IMG/VR virus record: IMGVR_UViG_3300033145_002663
Span: 28,470 to 92,469 of that record
DNA: 64,000 bases
Source: a virus
Reading direction: 5' to 3' (one strand)
A program made the translations under genes and the position numbers. Shown here piece by piece: positions 1 to 9,300 of the stretch. Below the pieces are notes generated by a model. It had not been told where the DNA came from and did no database searches. It saw only the letters and a list, made by a program, of their open reading frames with translations. The first letter of the stretch is position 1. Each line of letters starts with the position of its first letter.

Positions 1-472
1 TATTCTTTTTCTTCCTATTAATGTTTAAATCCTGGCTGTAAATATTATCGGTAAGTTTGCTAATTTTATTGCAATAATCTGTTATTGTTTCTGACGCTTT
101 GATATCTGGAAACATAGTGGCGACTGCTGTGATATTGTCCGGTAATAACTTAGAAAAGATCTCTTTTTCGTAATTGGGATATTGTTCTGCAAGGTATTGT
201 TTAAAAACAACTGTTAATTCTTCCCGTTTCTTTCGGTAAACTTCTTTGTCTTGTTCTTTTTCTTTTATCGATTCAATGTCTTCAATTTGAGAAATATAAA
301 CATTCCAACAATCTACAATCGTAGCTATAAAAACAATTATAAAAACAATCGAAGATAGGATTGTAAAGACCGGAATAACGCTATCGCTGCCTTCCCAATC
401 CTTTACATAAGTATAACTACTTAATATATAAACAATAGTCCCTAAGCAAAATGTTCCTAACAATTTAATCAT
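1..472 (-). pseudogene. Membrane-anchored hypothetical protein, frameshifted near 403 and running off the window
   Basis: ATG at 472 gives MIKLLGTFCLGTIVYILSSYTYV; the long open frame (KDWEGSDSVIPVFTILSSIVFII...) continues to position 1 in another frame; one extra A in the AAA run would join them. Confidence 0.55.
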
Positions 473-475
473 TTT

Positions 476-1783
476 TTATCCTCCATTCCCCGGAAACTTA
501 ATCACGTTATTAAAATCCTCAACACAAACCTTCCTTGCTTCCCTCTGTCGCTTGATCGCGGCTTCCTGCACCTGGCGTTTCTTATCCATGGTGATCTCAG
601 CGTACTGCTCCACGGACTTCCGTGTGGCATGATCTGTTAGGATCTGCAGGTCGTCGATCGATCCTCCCTCCTCAATAAAATTCGTACATGCCGTATGTTT
701 TAATCCCTGGTACGTCCAGATACGCCTCACCCCCGCGTCGTCGCAGGCCTGGTACCACAAATTCCTGAGCGCCTCGAGGGTGTACCTCCGTCCTTTCTTC
801 CGGGCCCGTGGATTTGCAAACAGGAACGGGCTGTCCGGATCCTGATTTAAAAGCTGCTCGGCAGTTGCTTTGAACCGATCATCGCATGCCACGTAATGAA
901 TCTTGGGTTTCTGCCAGTTGGTCTTAACCGAATTAACAAGCTGCCTGGCAGATATGGCCCGGTGAACCTTAAAACACTCCGTGAACGGATCGTAATCGAT
1001 CTTATGCAGGGCGCAGGCCTCACCGAGTCTCCGGTAGTGCAAATACACCCAGTGAAATATCGGGCGCGTAGTTCCAGGCAGCTTGTTATACACGGCGTCC
1101 CATTCTTCCCGTGTGAGCCACTGAATTTCAGGCTTTTGGAGGTTGTAGTCCTCAAGTGTAGGGAAGGGCGGAACCACCGAGATACGCTTGGATCTGCGGG
1201 CGTAGAGCATCATTTTCTTTAAGGTGCTCATAATGTTCAGAGCGGTCTTATCAATATTGCCCTCCGGGTTCTTTCGTCTAAGCCGATCAAGGATGTAATT
1301 TAAAAACGACATCAGAATATCATGCTCGATCTCATGCAGCCGAACCGGGTGCTTGGAGAAGAAAGGTTCGATCCAGGTGCGGGCATATGATTGATACGCT
1401 TTTATCGTGGCCGGCTTACGGCGTTTGGCCACGACGTCATTGATAAACGTATGGTAATACTCGATGGTGTCCGTCCAGCCGTCCTGTGTGAACTCCTCGA
1501 TCCTGAAGACGCACTCGCCCTTCTTCGCTTGCTCAGCGCGTCCCTGCATGAGAGAGCGGAGTTTTCTGGCCAGCTCGTACCCTTTGCACTTATCCTTGTC
1601 CGGTACCGGGCGCCCATTATTAAGAACAATCGTGCCGCTGCGCATCTTAAACGCGGTGCAGGGCATGTGGCCACCCTTGTATTTTGTGATCCAGCGGTTC
1701 TTATTTTTCTTCGTGGACTTTTCATCATACCAAATCACGGCCCACCGGTTCCGGTCAGCCTGATATTGAATTGAGCCTTTCAT
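476..1783 (-). CDS. int: Tyrosine integrase
   Basis: SAM-like region (RKPATIKAYQSY), catalytic R in RRLGEACAL, YQGLKHT variant of HxxR, DH...QY nucleophile; start moved to ATG 1783 after a GGGAGG SD. Confidence 0.9.
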   Translation of the reverse strand: MKGSIQYQADRNRWAVIWYDEKSTKKNKNRWITKYKGGHMPCTAFKMRSGTIVLNNGRPVPDKDKCKGYELARKLRSLMQGRAEQAKKGECVFRIEEFTQDGWTDTIEYYHTFINDVVAKRRKPATIKAYQSYARTWIEPFFSKHPVRLHEIEHDILMSFLNYILDRLRRKNPEGNIDKTALNIMSTLKKMMLYARRSKRISVVPPFPTLEDYNLQKPEIQWLTREEWDAVYNKLPGTTRPIFHWVYLHYRRLGEACALHKIDYDPFTECFKVHRAISARQLVNSVKTNWQKPKIHYVACDDRFKATAEQLLNQDPDSPFLFANPRARKKGRRYTLEALRNLWYQACDDAGVRRIWTYQGLKHTACTNFIEEGGSIDDLQILTDHATRKSVEQYAEITMDKKRQVQEAAIKRQREARKVCVEDFNNVIKFPGNGG

Positions 1784-1830
1784 AACATAATCCTCCCTGA
1801 AGGGAAGATTATCATATATTTGATTCTTAA

Positions 1831-2421
1831 TCAATATTTCGTCAACGTTAAATTTAAATATTTTTTTCTGGCGTTATATTCCATCCTATTTATACAAAAC
1901 CCATCTGTGTTTGCATAATCCACATCAAAGGAAATCTTGGCGGTACTGGATACAGGCAGTCTTGTTAAAATCTTTTTAAATTCTAATACGGTTAAATTTT
2001 TCTTTCCCAATGAGTTCCTTCCGTTTAATACGAAGTTTATGTAGTTTTTATTATTGTCAATTAGTTCAATTATGCCTATATTATCTTCATTAAAGAAAAT
2101 TTCTGTATCATCAGGCATTTGGTTTAAAATTGCTTTAAGATTCATTACTGTTAAAACGCGGTTAATTTCTTTTACAAATCCTTTTTTAGAGCGAATATAA
2201 TTAAGCAATTCATCAGAAAGCTTAAACCATTCACCACGAATTTTTAAATGATGAAACTGTTGATGTAATTTCATTTCATCATTTTTATTACCATTAATTG
2301 TTTTGAGTAATTTTAATTTAGAAGGAGTCCCTATTTGCAATTCAGCCAATCTTTTTTTTGGACTTTGTGATGTTCCGATTTTAATATCACCATTTTGACC
2401 ATTTTGAATAAAATAAATCAT
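1831..2421 (-). CDS. GIY-YIG-like (MUG113/T5orf172) domain protein
   Basis: MIYFIQ...IKIGTSQSPKKRLAELQIG...E.KLHQQF...RGEWF signature. Confidence 0.85.
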   Translation of the reverse strand: MIYFIQNGQNGDIKIGTSQSPKKRLAELQIGTPSKLKLLKTINGNKNDEMKLHQQFHHLKIRGEWFKLSDELLNYIRSKKGFVKEINRVLTVMNLKAILNQMPDDTEIFFNEDNIGIIELIDNNKNYINFVLNGRNSLGKKNLTVLEFKKILTRLPVSSTAKISFDVDYANTDGFCINRMEYNARKKYLNLTLTKY

Positions 2422-2422
2422 G

Positions 2423-2914
2423 TTACATCCCCGGCAACTTCTGCTGCGAGTTTTTAATTGACTCATATTTAGTGGCCACCAATATCCCCACCCGGTCCCG
2501 CCAGCGGGGATCGTCCTCATTTAAATTAACCTCACTGTGAAAATCCTCGATCGAATGCGGGCGCAGTTTGTACGGACTCTTGGATTCGATCTCTATGTGC
2601 GTATGCCTGAGCTCGTGCCGGATAATCCGAACACGATCCAAATCCTCGATGTTGTTCCACATCACCTTGTCCAGGTACATGATATAATCGTAGCCGGTGT
2701 CGGACCCGGATTCGTCAATAGTCAGGTGCCGGGTGAGATCATTGGTTTTTGTAATTCTGCCCAGGGTAATTGTGTCTCCGGTTTTACGTTCTTTGAGATC
2801 CATGAGTATCAGGATCTTGCAATCACCGAGCTCTTTAAAATGGCTTCCAATTAGCAAGCGCATGAGATCATACGCGTGCTCCGGGGCGTCTTCGAATCTG
2901 ATGTCTACATCCAT
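2423..2914 (-). CDS. Putative phage metallopeptidase
   Basis: HELRH (HExxH) followed by LRPHSIEDF. Confidence 0.75.
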   Translation of the reverse strand: MDVDIRFEDAPEHAYDLMRLLIGSHFKELGDCKILILMDLKERKTGDTITLGRITKTNDLTRHLTIDESGSDTGYDYIMYLDKVMWNNIEDLDRVRIIRHELRHTHIEIESKSPYKLRPHSIEDFHSEVNLNEDDPRWRDRVGILVATKYESIKNSQQKLPGM

Positions 2915-3070
2915 GTTAATCCTCCTTTCTTTCTCGTTCAATACCAGCGATGACCGCTTCATATGACCGATTATAAATTTCGGTAAATTCCGGTGACGGC
3001 CAGTTTAAATATTTTCTGATGGCCTCTGCCACTGGCTCCATTATTTTATAAATATTGTAAGTGTCTTCCA

Positions 3071-3799
3071 TTATTTAACCTCCAAAAACTCCTTCGCAGC
3101 CTCACGGCCATTATTATAAAGCGATTCCTTCTGATCATCGGTCAGGTCAAAGTCCGTGGCCATAATATCCATGACCGGGATATAAATTATCTTTCTCACG
3201 GTTTTCGGCAGGTGCTCTTTGTGAATACGCTGGGCATCCACATAGTTGAAGTGGGCCAGGAACAGGTCTTTTATGGTGGGGTTGTCCGTATTTTTCAGAT
3301 AGCACTTGGGGCGTTCATCCATATACATGAACAGTCCAAATGTTGGGATGTCCGTGGTTTTATTGAGACCGTCTGTATTATTATTTAGACCGCCGATATA
3401 GGGGAAATTACTGCATATGGTGCCGTCGGTAGGAAGTTTACAACTTCTTTCTAAAGCATTATACATAGGAAAATCACTTTGGTAGTCCTGTATTTCGCTT
3501 TTGTATATTGATAAATCGCTTATAAAAACTTGGAAATCTTTTGGCCATGTCCATCCCAATCCTTCTTGAAGAAGAACAAGCTCAACAAATCTGTATGGCG
3601 TTATTGGCCTTTTATTTAATAATTTAGGATTATATTTATTAAATATTCCCGTCTTAACCAACGCCCCAACAACAGCGCCGGCAGAAACGCCGGCGAAGTT
3701 TTTAATCTCATATTGTTTTTGAATTTCCTCAATTGCTCCCGCGAAAGCGTACAGCCCGCGAGCCCCGCATCCATCAGCTACGATGTTGCATTGCTTCAT
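3071..3799 (-). CDS. Patatin-like phospholipase (compact or degenerate)
   Basis: DGCGARG oxyanion loop, GVSAG nucleophile elbow, DGTICSNFP (DGG..SNFP-like), C-terminal ATDFDL...LYNNGREAA. Confidence 0.8.
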   Translation of the reverse strand: MKQCNIVADGCGARGLYAFAGAIEEIQKQYEIKNFAGVSAGAVVGALVKTGIFNKYNPKLLNKRPITPYRFVELVLLQEGLGWTWPKDFQVFISDLSIYKSEIQDYQSDFPMYNALERSCKLPTDGTICSNFPYIGGLNNNTDGLNKTTDIPTFGLFMYMDERPKCYLKNTDNPTIKDLFLAHFNYVDAQRIHKEHLPKTVRKIIYIPVMDIMATDFDLTDDQKESLYNNGREAAKEFLEVK

Positions 3800-3812
3800 G
3801 AAGTCTCTCCTA

Positions 3813-4115
3813 TTATTTTTCTGAGGGCCAAGTTATTTTAGTGAAGACAGCAACTCCATTTTTCAATTTACATTCGCCCGACCAAGACTTCATGACAATT
3901 TCCGCTGGGATACCTCTATTTTGCTCATAAGCACTTAAGCAATTGTGTAGTTCTTCAGCCAGCATCAGACCGGCATCAAGAAGAATTTTTGCAAACTGCT
4001 CTTCTTCCGAGGTTAATTCTTTACGCTTTTCAAATTCTTCTTTGATACCTTCAAAAGATAAACTCGCATCCTGAACCCCGATACCACTTATTTCTATTCT
4101 TTTTTCTTCGCTCAT
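3813..4115 (-). CDS. Hypothetical protein
   Basis: ORF with AGGAGG SD, co-oriented in operon. Confidence 0.65.
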   Translation of the reverse strand: MSEEKRIEISGIGVQDASLSFEGIKEEFEKRKELTSEEEQFAKILLDAGLMLAEELHNCLSAYEQNRGIPAEIVMKSWSGECKLKNGVAVFTKITWPSEK

Positions 4116-4132
4116 GCTACCTCCTTATGAGT

Positions 4133-4792
4133 TTATTCAAGACTTTCAGCGTGCCTAACAATATATTCTTCAAGGCCGGAAATATTATAACGTTCCGACA
4201 ATACTCTGATAAGATCATTCTCATGGATTTTGTTACCATCACTATCTTTAACAAACATACTGCTATGTTTTAGGCATTTGGATTTTGGATCGATGAAGAA
4301 GGATTTATTTTTTGCCTTGATTGCTTTCTTGAGAGGTTTTTCAAGACGCTCCTTCTGTTTTTTGATTGATCTAAAACCGTCATTTGAAAATGCAAGGGCT
4401 ATTTCAGAATTGTCCATGTCTTCCAATTTTTTAGTGATTGATGTAATGTTGTCACCTATAATGACTGCAAGGGGAATCTGTTTCTCTCCGGTTACAACTG
4501 CTAACTGATCTTGCCTGGAGATATGCTCAAGTTTTTTAAGTAAGGGTTTATTAGTAAAGAATTTTATAAAAGCTTTTTCATGGAGCAATCCACTGCCAAT
4601 GCTTTGCAGCCACCTGCGCCATTTCAGTTGTGGCTCCCTTCCCATCTGAATTAATCTGACAGTAATTTTAGCTGCACGACAAATTGTCCTTTCAGTTAAT
4701 CCAAGACATTTTGCAAGCTCGGCTTCCAATTGCTCTGCGTTCATTCCATCAATGTCGCTATCAGGATTGATTGGTTGTACTTGTGTTTCCAT
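4133..4792 (-). CDS. Hypothetical protein
   Basis: 219-aa ORF with SD, overlapping the upstream gene end. Confidence 0.7.
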   Translation of the reverse strand: METQVQPINPDSDIDGMNAEQLEAELAKCLGLTERTICRAAKITVRLIQMGREPQLKWRRWLQSIGSGLLHEKAFIKFFTNKPLLKKLEHISRQDQLAVVTGEKQIPLAVIIGDNITSITKKLEDMDNSEIALAFSNDGFRSIKKQKERLEKPLKKAIKAKNKSFFIDPKSKCLKHSSMFVKDSDGNKIHENDLIRVLSERYNISGLEEYIVRHAESLE

Positions 4793-5645
4793 TTAATTCC
4801 TCCTTACATAAAATATAATACATTAAAATTTCATCTTCTTTAATTTTTCTTAAATAATTTTTCTTGTATGTAGATTCCTTAGAAATACCCCCCTTCCAAT
4901 TTCCTGAACCTCCATTGGCCTGATATCTCCCATTGCATTTTGCAGAACAACAAAAGTTTTTATTTCTTTTCTCTTGGCATGGTGTAATATATTTTGTTTT
5001 TCCACAAACAACGCATGGCACTTCCTTTCCTGTTTGCATTTTTTCGCCCTGTCGCTTTGATGAACAAATTTTGCATGTACCTCCACGCCTTATAACAGAG
5101 AGATATGCATCCCATTTTTCCCCACATTTGCATATTACTAGGATTTTAGTTTCGTAGTTTACATATGGCCCAATAAACTTATGTCCCATTTTTTCGATTT
5201 CATTTTTTACATTTTCCTCACTTAACATATGGGTGTAGCAATTTTTTCCTTTACGCCATTCGTAATGACATTTTTGAGAACAAAAGTTGTTTCTTCTGAT
5301 TCCGATTTCACACTTATGTTTTTCGAATAACTTTTTGCAATTTTTACATTCCACTTTGATCTTTGTTTTGCGAAATTCACCGTTGCATTTTTGAGAACAG
5401 AATATTTTTTGGTTTTTATGAATGTTTTTTGCATATTTTACTTTTGGCCTCAGAAAAAAGCGTTGACAATTTTCGCATCTTAATTTTACTTTATTTCTTT
5501 CTAAAGATTTTTTATTCATAATTCGTTTGCATTTCAAACATTCATGCTTACGAATCCACCTCAAACTCTTCCCCGTTCCCTCATAATCATGCCCCCGCTT
5601 GCAGAGAGTCCCGAGATAATATTTTGATTCGTCGAAGGGGTTCAT
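4761..5645 (-). CDS. Cys-rich multi zinc-finger protein (CxxC...FCSxKC repeats, homing-endonuclease-type DNA-binding modules)
   Basis: Three CxxC/FCS.KC treble-clef repeats and NWKGG motif; no HNH catalytic motif seen. Confidence 0.7.
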   Translation of the reverse strand: MNPFDESKYYLGTLCKRGHDYEGTGKSLRWIRKHECLKCKRIMNKKSLERNKVKLRCENCQRFFLRPKVKYAKNIHKNQKIFCSQKCNGEFRKTKIKVECKNCKKLFEKHKCEIGIRRNNFCSQKCHYEWRKGKNCYTHMLSEENVKNEIEKMGHKFIGPYVNYETKILVICKCGEKWDAYLSVIRRGGTCKICSSKRQGEKMQTGKEVPCVVCGKTKYITPCQEKRNKNFCCSAKCNGRYQANGGSGNWKGGISKESTYKKNYLRKIKEDEILMYYILCKEELNGNTSTTNQS

Positions 5646-6022
5646 TCCTCTCCCAACAATACCTTGCTTATATATAAACATTCGAGTTTTGTTTTAAGAT
5701 CAGCGAAATTTTCATCATCGGAACACACCCGTATTAACTGCTTAATAATATTACGGGTTACTGTACCCGTGATGTAATCCAAATAGCGCCCATTGTGGAA
5801 TAAATAATAGCCGTTACCACGCTTTTTAAACTTATATACTTCCTTGTTCAAAAATTGATCGAGAAAATTATGAAACGTATCTTCATCATCATCATTAACT
5901 TTAAATATGTATCCTGGTTTCATTTTAACCTTTTTTGATGTTATCATTCCTTTTTGAGCCAAAGCGAATGGCATTGCTATTTTTATGATTTTCGATCCAT
6001 GTGGTCTATGTCCTCCAACCAT
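5642..6022 (-). CDS. Hypothetical protein, paralogue of 23491-23907
   Basis: Shared PGYIFKV...VTRN.IK.L.RVCSDDE...LY..K.LLGEE. Confidence 0.7.
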   Translation of the reverse strand: MVGGHRPHGSKIIKIAMPFALAQKGMITSKKVKMKPGYIFKVNDDDEDTFHNFLDQFLNKEVYKFKKRGNGYYLFHNGRYLDYITGTVTRNIIKQLIRVCSDDENFADLKTKLECLYISKVLLGEE

Positions 6023-6205
6023 TACGACGCTCCTTATTTGATCGATACAAAAATATGAGGATGATTGAGTCTTTGTAAATCGATAATGCAGTTTTTTTTA
6101 ATCATTGACGTTCCTTTCATGATTGTGTTCGCCCCTGCCATATGGCAGAAAGAACACCGCGCAAAAGCAGGGGCGAACGGTTGGAGGATTGTTGCGCGAT
6201 GTTCA

Positions 6206-6250
6206 ATTTTAAATAGTTTAATAATGAATTTTAGTCAAGTAAAAAATGAA
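6206..6250 (-). promoter_or_regulatory. Leftward sigma70-type promoter with conserved phage upstream motif and operator
   Basis: Minus strand TCATTTTTTACTTGACT-AAAATTCATTATTAAAC-TATTTAAAAT. Confidence 0.55.
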
Positions 6251-6253
6251 GAT

Positions 6254-6637
6254 TTATGGAAGTTTTTTTAGAAGAATTATAAAATGATCGTAAAGCGGTG
6301 CGACATAGAACATTGTTTTCATTGAAGTCGCGCAGATAGTGGTTCGGGTGGTTCGGGCAGTATTAACCGGGCAGCCGGCACAATCATCGTTGCGGCGTTG
6401 ATAACACCCCTTACGGTTTGACCATAACACATTGCCCCCGGTGTCCTGAAGAATGATAACGTCTCTCTTTAAATTAAAAAGAATGTCAAGAGGATATATA
6501 ATATTATTACAGGTAATATATTTTGGAATTTTAAGTTCATACAAAAATGATAGAGCAGTATGTTTAATAAATAGCTGGTCTTGAGTTTGAACAGCTTCCC
6601 GGAAGATTTGATACCGGCAATTTATTGTAGATATCAT
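6254..6637 (-). CDS. Small stand-alone PAS-like protein with Cys motif
   Basis: DVIILQDTGGNVLWSNR (PAS N-terminal strands) plus GCYQRRNDDCAGCPV, resembling the KCY..C..CPV PAS subfamily. Confidence 0.55.
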   Translation of the reverse strand: MISTINCRYQIFREAVQTQDQLFIKHTALSFLYELKIPKYITCNNIIYPLDILFNLKRDVIILQDTGGNVLWSNRKGCYQRRNDDCAGCPVNTARTTRTTICATSMKTMFYVAPLYDHFIILLKKLP

Positions 6638-6685
6638 AAACCATCTCCTGAATTTTTAAGAAAAAGAAAAATATTACAGGAGAAT

Positions 6686-7057
6686 TTACGCTATGTCGAC
6701 TTTCTTTATATACTGTTCCATCTTTTTAAATGTAAATTTAATCAGCTCGGGATCTTTAATTTTAGCTGCCAGATTTATAGATTCCAGATAGTGTCCTAAT
6801 TTTGGAAAATATTCAAGCGCCTCTTTGCTGACGAGAAAACCGTCGGTGTTATCGTCGTTATGATCCAAATCAATCCCCAGTTCAGCGCTGATATCTTTTA
6901 ATTCCTGTAATGTCGGTTTTTGAATCCCCGCCTCGATTTTGCGCATCTTTACGTGCGGTGCGTTCAGTTTCGGGAAAAGTTTTTCCCCAAGCATTTTCTG
7001 TGTCCAACCTTTCCGGCTCCTGTGCAGCGCGATGAGCTCTCCCTGTTTTAATTTCAT
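6686..7057 (-). CDS. XRE-family HTH repressor (cI-like)
   Basis: IALHRSRKGWTQKMLGEKL...KIEAGIQKPTLQELKDISAELGI; divergent from cro-like gene; no S24 peptidase domain. Confidence 0.85.
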   Translation of the reverse strand: MKLKQGELIALHRSRKGWTQKMLGEKLFPKLNAPHVKMRKIEAGIQKPTLQELKDISAELGIDLDHNDDNTDGFLVSKEALEYFPKLGHYLESINLAAKIKDPELIKFTFKKMEQYIKKVDIA

Positions 7058-7087
7058 GTTACCCCCCACTTTTTGTTTAAAAATTAC

Positions 7088-7116
7088 TTGACTAAAGTTC
7101 AAAATTAAACTAAAAA
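7088..7116 (+). promoter_or_regulatory. PR-like promoter with GTTCA-N4-TAAAC operator in the spacer
   Basis: TTGACT-17 nt-TAAAAA in the cI/cro intergenic region. Confidence 0.55.
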
Positions 7117-7151
7117 AGTTTAAAAATAAACTTTTACGGAGACTGAATTAA

Positions 7152-7406
7152 ATGACAATCGATGATTATTTGAAATCAACAAAGTTAAAAGCCCTTGAAT
7201 TTGCTAAAAGAATCAACCGCCACCCATCCTACGTCTCTAAACTAAAAAAGAAAAAAATTGTTCCTTCGCTTCTGGAAGCTTTAGTTATTTTTAAAGTGTC
7301 CGACGGCCATATCAATATCGAAGATATGGTCCATACAAAACATCTAAAAGCTCACGGCTTACTCAAAAGCGACAGTTCCGCTGTTATTAAATTAATACAG
7401 AATTGA
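7152..7406 (+). CDS. Cro-like HTH regulator
   Basis: MTIDDYLK...EFAKRINRHPSYVSKL....VPSL..A..I..VSDGHI. Confidence 0.85.
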   Translation: MTIDDYLKSTKLKALEFAKRINRHPSYVSKLKKKKIVPSLLEALVIFKVSDGHINIEDMVHTKHLKAHGLLKSDSSAVIKLIQN

Positions 7407-7431
7407 ATATAAGTCAAGTAAAAAAGTGAAC
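7388..7431 (-). promoter_or_regulatory. Leftward promoter antisense to cro (PRE-like position)
   Basis: Minus strand GTTCACTTTTTTACTTGACT-17 nt-TAATTT. Confidence 0.4.
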
Positions 7432-7445
7432 AATAGGGTTGTTTT

Positions 7446-8855
7446 ATGACGAAGCTTTGGAAGCATCAGGAAGAAGCGGTGAACCTCGCCTTGCCACATC
7501 CAAGTTATATGTTCGCGCATGACATGGGAGTGGGAAAGTCACTCGAAACGATTGAATACGCCAATCGCATCGAGGCTAAATTAATTTTAATCCTGTGTCC
7601 AAAATCCGTGATGGACGTATGGCCGAATCAATTCTGGCAGCACTCTAAGATTATTAAGTGGGATTGCTTAATCCTAAATAAAGGGTCTGTCAAGAAAAAA
7701 GCTCAAACTTTAACCAATGCTCTGAATCTACAAAAGCTCACCAAAAAACATCTGGCCGTAATTGTCAATTATGAATCGGCCTGGCGATCGGGACTCGGAC
7801 CGGATTATAACAAAAAAAACCGTATCATAAATAAAGGTGTGATTTTATCCACGCTCTGGGATCTGGTTGTGGCTGACGAATCCCACAGATTAAAATCCCC
7901 ATCTTCAAAAGCTTCCTGGTTCGCCTACCAAATCACCAAGAATAAAAAAGCAAAGCGTCGGTTATGCCTGACGGGTACGCCTCTCCCGCATGGGCCATTG
8001 GATATATACGGCCAATATCGGTTCATGGACTTTTCCATATTCAACCGGAACTTCACTCAGTTTAGAAATCGCTACGCCATCATTCGGGACATGGGCGACT
8101 TTAAAAAGGTGGTCGGGTATCAGCGCGAAGAAGAAATGAACGCGTTAATTTACAGCCGGGCGCATCGGGTAATGAAACGGGACGTGCTGGATCTGCCACC
8201 GGTCATGCACGAGCAACGCACCTGTCAATTATCTTCAAAAGCTCAGAAAATATACAACGAGCTTGAAACCGAGTTTGTGGCGTGGATAGAAGAGCAGGGC
8301 GATAAGGTTACGGTAACCAATGTTCTTACCAAGCTGCTTCGATTAGGCCAGATCACCGGCGGGTTCCTACAGATGGATTCCGGTGAGTCGGAAATCGTAT
8401 GCAACAATAAAATATCGCTGCTTGAAGATATCTTTGAAGACCTCCCACCGAACGAACCGGTTGTTGTATTTGCCCGGTTCACCAATGAAATTCAGCGCGT
8501 AAAACAACTGGCCGAAAAAATGAAGCGATCGGCAGCGGAACTATCCGGCCAAATGAACCAGCTCAAAGAATGGCAGAAGGGCGGGTTTAATATTCTTGCA
8601 ACTCAGATTCGTGCAGGGGGTGTGGGCATTGATCTAACCCGCGCGCATTATTGTGTGTATTTTTCCACGGGTTACAGCCTCGGGGATTACGAGCAATCAC
8701 TGGCCAGGCAGGATCGACCGGGGCAGATCGAGAATGTCATGTACTATCACCTGCTGGCTGAAAAAACCGTGGACATAGACGTGTATAACAGCCTGTCAAA
8801 GAAGAAGGAAATTGTAGAGTATGTGCTCAAACAACGGAGGAAAGGAGGTGTGTGA
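7446..8855 (+). CDS. SNF2-family DEAD/DEAH helicase
   Basis: DMGVGKS Walker A, DESH, LTGTP, GGVGIDLT, QSLARQDRPGQ. Confidence 0.93.
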   Translation: MTKLWKHQEEAVNLALPHPSYMFAHDMGVGKSLETIEYANRIEAKLILILCPKSVMDVWPNQFWQHSKIIKWDCLILNKGSVKKKAQTLTNALNLQKLTKKHLAVIVNYESAWRSGLGPDYNKKNRIINKGVILSTLWDLVVADESHRLKSPSSKASWFAYQITKNKKAKRRLCLTGTPLPHGPLDIYGQYRFMDFSIFNRNFTQFRNRYAIIRDMGDFKKVVGYQREEEMNALIYSRAHRVMKRDVLDLPPVMHEQRTCQLSSKAQKIYNELETEFVAWIEEQGDKVTVTNVLTKLLRLGQITGGFLQMDSGESEIVCNNKISLLEDIFEDLPPNEPVVVFARFTNEIQRVKQLAEKMKRSAAELSGQMNQLKEWQKGGFNILATQIRAGGVGIDLTRAHYCVYFSTGYSLGDYEQSLARQDRPGQIENVMYYHLLAEKTVDIDVYNSLSKKKEIVEYVLKQRRKGGV

Positions 8856-9281
8856 ATGACAGATCAAAACGGTATGGGCGTTGACCTGGAAATGCTAACC
8901 GAATTCGCAAAGCTGGACTTGCAGCTGAAAGAATTCGAGATGAAAGTTAAATCCATAAAAAACGTCAAGTCAAAACTGGAAGCACCATTGCTGGAGCAGA
9001 TGGCTAACTCGGGGGTGAATTCAATGAACCTGGAAGGGCTGGGAACCCTATACATCCGGTGCACAGTCTGGCCGAAGTTTAAAGACGGCAAGACCCGGGC
9101 TGATGTGGTGGCCGCTATGAAAGAAGACGGTATCAGCGAGGACTTTCTAAAAGAGGATTACAACGCCAATTCTTTCGCGGCATATGTCCGTGAGATTGAG
9201 AACACCGGCGAAGAATTCCCGGAGCATCTGGCAACGGTGGTGGAAGCATCAGAGAAGTTCAATCTTATCCGATTGAAATAA
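8856..9281 (+). CDS. Phage replication-module hypothetical protein (N-terminal coiled coil)
   Basis: SD, position between helicase and SSB-like gene. Confidence 0.7.
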   Translation: MTDQNGMGVDLEMLTEFAKLDLQLKEFEMKVKSIKNVKSKLEAPLLEQMANSGVNSMNLEGLGTLYIRCTVWPKFKDGKTRADVVAAMKEDGISEDFLKEDYNANSFAAYVREIENTGEEFPEHLATVVEASEKFNLIRLK

Positions 9282-9300
9282 CAAGGAGGAAAAGAAAAAA

